From positions 1-33,293 of the forward strand of contig NW_014039661.1 in assembly GCF_001186125.1 (NCBI RefSeq): a stretch of DNA of 33,293 nt, read 5' to 3'. Shown piece by piece: positions 22,410 to 33,293 of the stretch. Both the position numbers and the translations under genes were made by a program. Each line of letters begins with the position of its first letter. Within the stretch, counting starts at the first letter, position 1. Under the pieces are notes generated by a model. The model saw only the letters and a list, made by a program, of their open reading frames with translations, made no database searches and was not told the origin of the DNA. The DNA is from Sphaeroforma arctica JP610. Lineage: Eukaryota.

Positions 22410-23856
22410 AATGTCGACCCCTGAGAGACCCTTGCTCTAGACTTATTGACCAATCAGGTGGTCTATATCCATTGTTCCTCTGGATTCCTGGAGAGTGGAA
22501 AGTCAAAATTGAAAATAGCTGGAGACTTATAAATATGTAAATATGCATGTACAATAGAGACAAAAATTAGACACTCGGTGACTCGACTCTCAAGAAACCC
22601 CCCTCTAAAATCCTCTATACACCCTATACAGTAGGAGGAAAATTAGGACCCTCTAAAAAGGCCCCCAAACCAAAATTCAGTCACGAAACTACAATATTTT
22701 ATGAGCGGTAAGCTAATAGTCCGATACAGGGAGAGGAAGGAGGAAATCGGTTATTACATACATGAAATATAATTATATATTTACATACCGCAGGGCGAAG
22801 AGTATCAAAATTCATAGCCGCCTTCAAATGGAATTATGGAACCCAAAATTGGATAGGAGGCTATGCCAGATTGCCAGAGATTGCCAAGCCCAGCAGAAAC
22901 AAAAAAAAATTGACTGGGAACGCCTGGGCATCATTTTGAAGCCCCAACGGCCCACGGCTGGGCCCATAATAGTGACTCTCTCTCTACTCTCTAATGAAGT
23001 CTAGAGTCTCTCTACTACTAATCTCTACTACTAGTCTAGTAGTAGTGAGCGACTGAACACCGAGTGAGCGGTGACACCCCAGCATGCCCCACCCTCTTTC
23101 TCTCTACTAGAGAGAGTGAGGCAGGGCTAAAATAGATACGAAAATACGTCACCAGTATGCCCATAGCCTCGTCCCCTACCCTGAGCCCTGAGGCCTCTGG
23201 TCTGAGACTCGAGTCAATAGTCAGTCCAGAGTCCAGAGTCCAGAGTCCAGAGAGCAATAAATACATGGCGTTCTAAAAAAAGATTGTTGGGAATACTCTT
23301 GTTGGGAGGCTATGTATCAGATCCTACTGCTTCAGTTCCTATGTATGTATTTATTTCCAAAATACATATGTACAGTACATACTATATACTACTATTGTTT
23401 AAAAAACAAAAACACAAAAAAACAAAAAAACAAAAAAAAACAATCATGGCCTCCTCTTATTAGTTAATACATAAATACGAATGACCTATTTGTTCAATTT
23501 TATAGTGGGCTAATCCATTGCCTTCTAAAATACGGAAGAAGGCTATGGCTAATCCTAAATATCAATATATGTTATGACTTGTGAGGCCATGCATAGCGTT
23601 GTTAAACCCTAAAACCCTAGATTGCTAGAACCCTAAAACCCAAAAGAAGACAACTTATTTACTTTCTTCATTCAGAACAGGGCCCTGCTTTCATTTTTTT
23701 ATAAATCAATATATCTATGGCGAGGAATAGATGCGTGATGCACAATGCATCTGAGATCATTGTGTTTTGAGCTTTACGTTGTTCTTTGTAAATAGAACGA
23801 ACGGATTTTGTCGTTATCAACAGGAATAGAAGATTATACTGAGTTTGCCGAGAATA

Positions 23857-24921
23857 ATGTCAATATGGAGGACTTTTTCGCATTCGAACGGCGTTTGTTC
23901 AGCTCTTACACAACTCACACAACGTCACAGTCTCAACCAATCTAGACTATGTACACGTTTATTACATAGCCATACCAAGGCTGTAAATTTGAAGTACCCA
24001 CGACTCCGTACAAGCGCTATCGTAAGCACCGAGCGTTGTTTACCTCATACGAGGTTGATAGCTTCAGCACACACAGACGCACATCATATTGGTGGTTCAA
24101 AGGCACATGTAGTCGGACCAAAAACACCCGAATTATTGTCATGTACTATAGGGCAAATGCTCAAAGATACCGCTGCTAAGCATCCGTTACAAAAGGCGTT
24201 TGTGTGCAGAGAAGAGGCTGTCACGCTCACATATAAAGACTTGGATGAACAATCCGATGTACTCGCTAGAGGATTGCAAAAGTTGGGTGTAGCTCACGGT
24301 GACCGTGTGGGTGTGTGGCTGCCCAACTGTTCACAGTATGTGCTGCTGCAGTATGCCACGGCTAAGATAGGTGCTATACTTACCACCATGAATCCTGCGT
24401 ATCGAGCTGCTGAGGCGGTACATGCGATGAACTTGGTGGAATGCAAGGTGCTGGTGATCACGCCCGAGGTATCCAGAACAAACTACGTGCAGCTGTGCGA
24501 GGAGATGTGCCCTGAGCTCAATGAGTCCGAACCCCGGCTACCACGCGACAAGAGTGATGGACAAAGGCTGAATTTAAGCGCGGTGCCGACGCTGGAGCAT
24601 ATCATCAATGTGAGCGATATGGCGACACCGGGCATGCTTAGATACAAAGATGTGGTGAACTTTGGGGGCGACTGTGTAGATAACAATGGAGACGCGAACG
24701 GGTTGGTATTGGATATCACACCAACAGCTCAGGATGTGATCAATATACAATTCACAAGTGGTACCACGGGGAAACCCAAAGCTGCGGCCCTGACACACGC
24801 TAATATACTCAACAACGGACTCATGAATGCCGACCGATTGGGGGTAAGATAACCATGTGTCTGTGTAAAATCATATACCAAAGTGGATCCGTCCCTCCAT
24901 GAGAATGTATATATTCTTCTA

Positions 24922-25004
<83 letters not shown>

Positions 25005-25089
25005 GTTGTAGTATGTATGTATATATGTAAATGTATATATGTATATATGTAAATATGTATATATGTAAATATGTATTTATGTATATATG

Positions 25090-25122
<33 letters not shown>

Positions 25123-26924
25123 ATATGATATATGTATATATATATTATAAGTGGGTGTGGGTGTGCTATTTTGCTCTATATCATGCGTTGCTGCTTGGTA
25201 TCCATTATATACATGTGCGTTATGCCTGTATGTCCACGTCACACTACTACTCACTCAAACGCTATGTGCACATACATTTCACATCCTGCAGTACACTATG
25301 AATGATAGCATTTGCGTGCCGGTCCCCCTATACCACTGCTTTGGCCTGGTGATAGGGAACCTGGCTGCCTTGACCCGTGCGTGTACGGTCGTATACCCGT
25401 CAGCGACTTTCAACCCGGAGAAGGTACTACAGGCTGTTCATGAGGAGCGATGCACGTCTCTGTACGGAGTGCCTACCCACTTCATTGCCGAGCTATCTCA
25501 TCCCAACTTCAATCAGGTGTGTGAGATGCTATCCTCGACGATCCAGTGTGTCCTTGCTCTGAAAGGTGTACGTACCATGTGTGTAAAGCGCATACGTACC
25601 ATGTGTGTAAAGCATATACTTGTCATGTGTGTAAAATATATACTTAACACGTGTGCAAAACATATATGCAAGTTGAGTAATTTTTTTTTGTAAAACAGTG
25701 TTTGTGAATCTAGGTTTCTGGGCGGGTGCTAAGTACTGGAAGATTACATGCGCTCCTCAGCAACCTCTACTGCTATAAAGGTGTTGAAGAGTGTTGTCTA
25801 CGTTGATACCACATCCCTACACAAGCCCGTCGCTGTTCGTCTGAATAGCAATTGCAAGACTGAGCAAGGGAACCATACAGTTTTGTGCCATACAGCAATG
25901 ACCCTTATACCCAATGCACCCCCATAAACCAATACCATTTACAGTACTATCTCAGCAACTTGCGTTGAATAGCTGAGAACCGATGTATCTAATGTCTACT
26001 TACACCAATGCACCTCCAAAAACCAATTCCAACCAATACCATTCACAGTACGATCTCAGTAGTCTGCGCACCGGTGTGATGGCCGGGAGCTCCTGCCCCG
26101 AGGAAGTCATGCAACGGGTGATTAAGCAGATGCATATGAAAGATGTCACCATCTGCTACGGCATGACCGAGACAAGTCCGGTGAGTTTCCAGACCAACCA
26201 GAGCGACCCGTTAGACAAGCGCGTGAGCACTGTGGGCCGTATACACCCGCACCTGGAGGCTAAGCTCGTGCGACCAACCTCCGAGGAGAGTGAACCGGAC
26301 ACCAGTGTGCCCAAGGACGATGATGTGTGCGATATAGGGGAAGCCGGTGAGCTGTGGGTGCGAGGCTATGCCGTGATGAAGGAGTACTACAACGGTGACC
26401 CAAAGAACCACCCGGTCACTGACGACGGCTGGATACAGACAGGCGACCTGTGTGTGATGGACCAGGAGAGGTACCTGAGCGTGGTGGGACGGATCAAGGA
26501 TATCATCATCCGCGGGGGTGAGAACATATACCCGCGGGAGATTGAAGAGGTGGTGTTCAAGGTGCCCGGTGTGCAGCAGGTGAGTGTGGTGGGGGTGCGC
26601 AACGAGCTGTTCGGCGAAGAGGTCTGTGCGGTGGTGGCCATAGACGAGGACGCGTTCGACCACAGTGACCCACACAGTCCAACAGCCCACAGTTCGCATG
26701 TGTCACTGAGTGATGCGTTTGATGTGGAGATCACAGCGCGGGTGCGAGAAGCGGTGCGGAACGAACTCGCCCATTACAAGGTCCCGTCGGTGGTGGTTGT
26801 CATGGAGATAGAGGACATACCTATCACCGTCACGGGCAAAATCAAGAAGAAGGAACTGACACAGCAAGTCGAGAAGATCCTGGAGAAAACACGCGCGAAG
26901 GCCCAGGCTCAGGCATCGGCCTGA
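23857..26924 (+). CDS. ACSF2: Acyl-CoA synthetase, ACSF2-like (AMP-binding), ~695 aa, probably mitochondrial; exons 23857-24843, 25292-25516, 26049-26924
   Basis: [57 protein letters not shown] and TGKI motifs. Phase-0 GT-AG joins DRLG|YTMND and PNFNQ|YDLSS. R/S/L-rich, acid-poor N-terminus. The start codon is inferred. Confidence 0.92.
24927..25144. repeat. (TA)n and (TATG)n microsatellites in ACSF2-like intron 1
   Basis: Direct inspection. Confidence 0.95.
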
Positions 26925-28145
26925 GTATGTGCGTGGGGCTGGTAGTGCGCACAAACAAGGTCCAGGGTATTCAGGTCGATTTTCAATCGTGGCATAACTT
27001 TTAAGCCAGTCTACAGAATTGGTTTCCCAAATTCTGAGTGCTATCCAAAAATAATTAATGGTATTAATTGGAGCTTGGCTGCGTGCTATATCAAACTGAA
27101 CTAAAATGGAATACAGGTTATACTGTACAGTGCATGTAGTATACATAAATAAAATCAAAATAAAAATCAAACCTGCAGTATATATATATATATAACATGA
27201 AATCAAAAAGTTTATATATCGGTTATGATATCTCGTGTGGATAGTACGTTTGTTATGCTTCAAAGGAGGGGAGGGGTGGCACAGAAACCCCGGAACCTGC
27301 GGTCATCGCTGCCGAATGCTTAGGATTTCTAGCCCTAAAACCAGGGGTTTGGATACTGGCAACGGCAATGCAATCTGATCCCCCCATCGCACACCCTATG
27401 TACACCAGGAGTGTCAATACTACTGAACGCAATACTACGCCATACTATGGGGTTCAATTCGTGCTTGGCACGGTAGGAAAGAAGAGCTTTACCTACGTCC
27501 AAGCACACAATAGTATGTAAGAAGGGCTATACTTACATCCAAGCACACAATGATACAGTGCTTTGTGCAGGGGCTTGGTGAGCATCTAGGTCTACCATGC
27601 CAAAGTCGGGTGGTGAGTCATAGCGAAGTGGCTCATGGTACAATGGGGTTGGGATGCAGTCTATTGACACCCGGAGTCTATTGGCACCCAAATTTCGCCT
27701 AGCTGCAGAATTTTACGGGATTCGCGTTCCATCCTAGTCATTGGATAATTCGAGAATACTCCGGGGTATCCATGGCAACGTGATGTCACGCCCAACTCAA
27801 ACTCTTTGACTATGGAATGTATGTCGTCCTGGTGCCTTACCATACCTACCCCGTCACTCGTAAATACTACTACAGCAGTACTACTAAAAGGCTGTCCCAC
27901 TGTCTCACAGTTCCCTGGCCCTGTCCCAGATTGCAGGGCGCAGGCAATACCGCCGTGCCTATACCCATCACTCTGGTCACTACGCCTGTCCTATTATCAA
28001 GCACCAAGCATATGTAACTGTCCTATTATCAAGCACCAAGCATATGTACCTAGGCTATGCACTGCCCAGCCCCCCCCCCCCCCCTCCCACAACATAAGAA
28101 TCAGGCCAGGTCAGCGCATGCATGCGTCACGGCAAAGTAGCACGC

Positions 28146-29865
28146 CTATCGCGCCAAAAAATACATGACAAGCATGACAAACAACACGAACAGCATGAGG
28201 TAACACATGAGGCCTCCTCCCTTGGCTGCCACCACCTGCAGTCTCTTCATGGCACCACCCAGAAGATCGCTCGCGCCAGCGAAGTTTTCTTGCTGCATTG
28301 GTGAACACAAAGGGGTTTAAGGAAGACGCGTGTTGAGTGCTTTATGTGGATATAAGTTGGCTACATAGGTGAATACAAAAGGGTTTAAGAAAGACTTGTA
28401 ATAAAACTTTATGCGGATGTCTTGCTAAACAGGTGAACACAAGGGGTTTCAGAAATAAGTGTACTATGAGTTTATGCGGAAGTATAGATGAATACAACGA
28501 AGTTTTAAATAGACGTATACCAAGGGTTGATGTTGCTATACAGGTGAATACACAGGGATACAAGAGCGACGTGTAATAAGTGTTTTAGAGTGTGAGGGGA
28601 GTGTGGAGTGAGGGAATGTTTGTGCGATAAGTGTGTGTTGAGTAAGTGTGGAGTGAGTAAGTGTTTGTGTATGTCGACATATCTTGGTGCATATATGAAC
28701 ACCAATAGATTTCAGTGGAATGATATATTAAGCTAGACTTGGTGGATATTTCTACTGCAAAGAACAACAGATAAGGGTAAAAAAATATATTGGCTTAGAT
28801 CGAGCTAAAGAACGTGTATCTCTTGCTGCATTCAAGAATATACGAGAATATGAGCACGGTGTTTCCTACCAAGCTTAGCTATGGCTATTCTACTCTCTGT
28901 GGGTAGACCCGATACAAATTTTACGACAAACCTGACTCACATCAAAGTAACTTGTATATTTTTCTGGAGCGTACGTCAACCCGAGACCGGGAGAACATAA
29001 GACGATACACTCAATGAATGCCGATATAAAACATTCGCAGGACATACCATGCCGTCAAGAAACTTATTCTGAGATCTCACTTCTTCTCCGATCCCCGTCG
29101 TTAACTGCGAACGTGTTTATTGTGACACCAGCGAGCGTACATTGTGAGTGCATTCACCATCGAACGAATAGCATCCAGGACGCACGAATCAGCCGGATGG
29201 GGCCATTATTACATTCGAAAGTACGTAGTGAAGTTAACCACTCATATGCTCAGGCAGTGAGGGTAAGAATGAATAAGAAAGTGTTTATATATCTACGCCC
29301 TCGGATAAACGATGAAATATGAAGCAGAGCGCACCATGCGAGTAAAGCACGTCTGCGCAAACGACAGCAAGGACGACTGCTAGTCAGGATGTCAACCCAA
29401 TACAGCCTATGCCAATATTGGACAGACGACATCGCTATGTGTGTCCTCTAAGGCCCCAGCACAGGCCCTTCTGATAGGCGTATTCGAACTCATTTTACCA
29501 AAACGAAAGACTACATCGCTAGAACAATGGGTCAAGATTCAGCAGTACAACCTATCGAGCCGCAGATTCAAGTTCGAAATCTAGGCGCGCACCGATGTGA
29601 ACGCTTAGCACACTTCAGTCTCAACATCAGGACGAAATATAAAAGGTCTGACTAAAGACACAACAGAAATGTAGGAACTTACACTCTTCAACGCGTCTAT
29701 CTTGTTGGACAAATCCAAAACCAGACTATCATTGTCCTGCTCCAGAATTCGCTCATATCTGCGGCGAAAGGTGTATAAAGTCAAAATGATGGATAGAATA
29801 TTCACAGGTGTATATAAGATTATGAAAATCGGGCACACACATACACCTGATATATATATAAATAT

Positions 29866-29916
<51 letters not shown>

Positions 29917-30280
29917 ATATGCATAAATGATAAATGTAATGTATGTATATATTTACATAAACATATATACACACACAAGCACACACACAAACACACACAT
30001 ATATACATCAACTTCAATTTCAATTTCAATTTCTATATATATATATATATATAATATAAATACAAATATATAATATAAAAGTACCAACATATAAATGTAC
30101 ACACATAGACAAAGACACAGACACAGTCAGACATAGACACAGAGACACTTACAGACACAGACACAGACACAGACACAGACACAGACACAGACACACATAT
30201 ATATATAGCCACGCACAAACACACACACGTGTATGCTTATAGATACTTATAAATATATACTAGCACATTCATATGCATAA

Positions 30281-30318
<38 letters not shown>

Positions 30319-31278
30319 CATATATATATATATTATTTATATATATCTATATATATATACATATACATATACATACACAACNNNNNNNNNNNNNNNNNNN
30401 NNNNNNNNNNNNNNNNNNNNNNNNNNNNNNNNNNNNNNNNNNNNNNNNNNNNNNNNNNNNNNNNNNNNNNNNNNNNNNNNNNNNNNNNNNNNNNNNNNNN
30501 NNNNNNNNNNNNNNNNNNNNNNNNNNNNNNNNNNNNNNNNNNNNNNNNNNNNNNNNNNNNNNNNNNNNNNNNNNNNNNNNNNNNNNNNNNNNNNNNNNNN
30601 NNNNNNNNNNNNNNNNNNNNNNNNNNNNNNNNNNNNNNNNNNNNNNNNNNNNNNNNNNNNNNNNNNNNNNNNNNNNNNNNNNNNNNNNNNNNNNNNNNNN
30701 NNNNNNNNNNNNNNNNNNNNNNNNNNNNNNNNNNNNNNNNNNNNNNNNNNNNNNNNNNNNNNNNNNNNNNNNNNNNNNNNNNNNNNNNNNNNNNNNNNNN
30801 NNNNNNNNNNNNNNNNNNNNNNNNNNNNNNNNNNNNNNNNNNNNNNNNNNNNNNNNNNNTATATATATACATATACATATACATACACACAAACACACAC
30901 ACACACACACACACACACGCGCGCGTACACACACACAAACAAAAAGGTTCATAGTTCATAATGATTCTACTTGGAACTGGGCGAATATCCAAATAAGCTC
31001 AACATACGTATTCACGCACATATGCACATATCCATAAATACGTACAAGCCGCTATATCCATTGATAAACGTTAAGGTATTCGCACAAGACACAAGGGTGT
31101 TTCCACACATACATAACGCGACAGCAGTTTTGTGGTTCACTAGTAAACTCAAGTATGCGCTTATCTCCCTATTTACCGTTCGTTGGTTAAGTTGTTACCA
31201 CCCTTCTCATTGTTGTAGTGCGGATCTTGGGCCACACCGCCACTACCATCTCGGGCTGGGGCGCCGCCATACCTATGC
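28146..31278 (-). CDS. BET1: BET1-like Qc-SNARE; exons 31278-31177, 29758-29683, 29104-29048, 28292-28146; first exon and ATG not located
   Basis: Spliced product ..HRYGGAPARDGSGGVAQDPHYNNEKGGNNLTNERYERILEQDNDSLVLDLSNKIDALKSLTTGIGEEVRSQNKFLDGMQENFAGASDLLGGAMKRLQVVAAKGGGLMCYLMLFVLFVMLVMYFLAR*: SNARE coil with central QN and a C-terminal TM. All joins are GT-AG and phase-compatible. BET1 vs BET1L is not resolved. Confidence 0.85.
28300..28575. repeat. Degenerate minisatellite, ~5 units of 55-68 bp, at the 3' end of the last BET1-like intron
   Basis: G(G/A)TGAA(C/T)ACA..GGTTT at ~28300, 28368, 28432, 28488 and 28543. Confidence 0.75.
29850..30940. repeat. (CA)n, (TA)n and (GACACA)n microsatellites flanking assembly gap 30382-30859
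   Basis: Direct inspection. Confidence 0.95.
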
Positions 31279-31319
31279 CTGCACAGTAGTACTACAAATT
31301 TTAGTTCGATACCATCTAT

Positions 31320-31356
<37 letters not shown>

Positions 31357-32100
31357 AAGAGATAGAAGTAAACGAAGGTATAGTAAAGATAGTAATACAA
31401 ATTTTAGTTCAATACCATCTGCATATATAAATATAGAAGTCAACACAGGTATACTACAATAGCAGCTAAATACTATCACCTATACCTGCACAGTATTGCC
31501 ACAAATGGTAGTCCAACACCATTTACATATATAAAGATAGAAGTCAACACAGGCACAGTACAGATGCTAACCAAACACTATCTATATTTGTGGTTTAGGT
31601 AGTTCAATAGCATAGATTTCATTGGTTTTAGCTGAATACCATCTGCGTGTTTGACGGGCTAGGTAATACAGTTATAATACAAACACTAGCCTCAGATACC
31701 ACCTACATACAGGAGAACTGGGTTAACACTGTTGTAAAACAGGTACGGCTTTAAGATCATCCAGCTATACGGGAAACTAGCTCAACAGAGGGGCATAATC
31801 AATACAAACTACATACCACATACCTACAAGGGAAACCATGGCAACGATTGAATGGGAAGGGAAAGATGAATACCATCTACACATATGAGAAAGTAGATCA
31901 ACGCTTCGTTGATACCACTGCTAGCTTAATACCATCAACACGTATGGGAGACCAACAATGTAATAGCTAGGTCATCATGTATGGGGAACTAGGTCAACAC
32001 AGTCATAGACCATTTATTAACCGAACACCGTCGATAAATATCCGGCGACACTAGTTGTATTACTAACAATAGCTAAATAGCATCTACCCATATCAGAAAC
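31271..32100. repeat. Degenerate tandem repeats (ATACCATCT..TAG..CAACAC cores) in the intron upstream of the BET1-like exon
   Basis: Recurrent AATACCATCT-like cores every ~60-110 bp, decaying rightwards. Confidence 0.6.
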
Positions 32101-32788
32101 CATGTCAGCAAAGTTGTATAACAAAGTACCAGCTCAAAAACTACAAGCATTGCAAATTAGGTCAACTCACTTATATTGCCATTCGTCTACATGTGCGGGA
32201 AAAAGCGGTCAGTAGCAACGAACGTACAGCTTTGTACATATATACCTTTGTGTGTACATAGATAACTTTGTGTATACATACGTACTTTATATATATATAT
32301 ATGTACATATATACTTTTCTGTGTACATACGTACTTTATATATATATATGTACATACATACCTTTGTGTGTACATACGTACTTTGTGTATATATATACAC
32401 CGTTGTTTGTACATACGTGCTTTGTGTGCATGTGCATACATACCTTGTATGGTCATTCATGTGGTCGCAAAGACGTCAGTGCGATCAATCATAAGCTGAC
32501 TTGTGGTCATTTGACTTTTAAAAAGTATATATACTATGTGTGCATATCATAAGATTACAACGCGAACAATATTTAACTATGAGTCATACATAGATATATA
32601 GATAATACGCATCACGATGGATACATTACATAAACACTAAAAGAAAGTGTATTTTTTCTTCGATTATTCAACTACTAAAGACTGCCGATTCAACCGAAAG
32701 CGTATTGTAGATCACAGTTCAATAGGCAGTTGAAGTATCTACCTCACATCGCAGCAAACTCTTAGTTCCTTCTAAGTAGCTTAACATA

Positions 32789-32835
<47 letters not shown>

Positions 32836-33293
32836 GAATATATACTTGTTCTCATACACACCTATACGTAGACACCTACAAAGTTAGAGCCGTATCAGCA
32901 AACGATGCAGACTTCAGATGCGCAGATATTTTTGCGCGACAATGCGTGCTTATCGCAGAATCTACAGACCTATAGCCGAACGGTAAGTCAAGCTGATGTG
33001 TATTTGTATATGCGTGTATATTACTATATGTATGCATATATATATACATATATATATGTGCGTGTATGTGTACATGTATGTATGCCTGTGTGTATGATTG
33101 TCCTTGCAAGTATGAGAATGCTTGTATGTGTATACGTGTCTATTTTTATGTGCTTGTTGATTTTCATAGATTATGTAGAACAATGTCGCGAGAATCACAG
33201 ATCTGTATACGAACGGTTTGTCACGTACCTGTGTATATGTGTATATGCTTGTATCTTTGTATAGGTGTGCACGCAAGCATGCATGTATGTTTA

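Noticed and set aside
23604..23645. AAACCCTA telomere-like motifs upstream of the ACSF2-like gene
   Set aside because: Only 3-4 scattered units; no telomeric or promoter role can be supported.
26211..26734. Antisense ORFs over ACSF2-like exon 3
   Set aside because: Shadow ORFs of a GC3-rich coding exon.
28300..28575. CRISPR-like spaced repeats
   Set aside because: The repeats are degenerate, the spacers resemble each other, the locus is a eukaryotic intron, and there are no cas genes.
29470..29600. tRNA/SINE-like B-box (GTTCGAAATC)
   Set aside because: No cloverleaf or A-box could be built.
29605..31037. Long ORFs rich in CV, YI and HT
   Set aside because: They are translations of microsatellites and N gaps; only 29683-29758 is a credible exon.

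Overview
Eukaryotic genomic DNA (GT-AG introns, microsatellite-rich, two N gaps); the organism cannot be determined from the window. Bases ~1-23,000 are a nest of decayed transposons: an ISL2EU/Harbinger-type transposase relic, a Mutator-like relic, an XPG/EXO1-like nuclease pseudogene, a minus-strand Ty1/Copia element interrupted by a Harbinger-type MITE and by a near full-length Ty3/Gypsy element, and a second, plus-strand Copia abutting the truncated Gypsy 3' LTR. Bases ~23,800-33,293 hold two convergent host genes: a 3-exon ACSF2-like acyl-CoA synthetase (+) and a BET1-like Qc-SNARE (-). Main observation: all three LTR retrotransposons carry a homologous DIRS/phage-Dam-like N6-adenine DNA methyltransferase domain (NPPW in Gypsy; NPIW and NPKW in the Copias). 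In both superfamilies it lies just upstream of, or within, the integrase zinc-binding region despite their different pol domain orders. All TE copies are pseudogenised, and the domain calls rest on by-eye motif recognition, not database searches.
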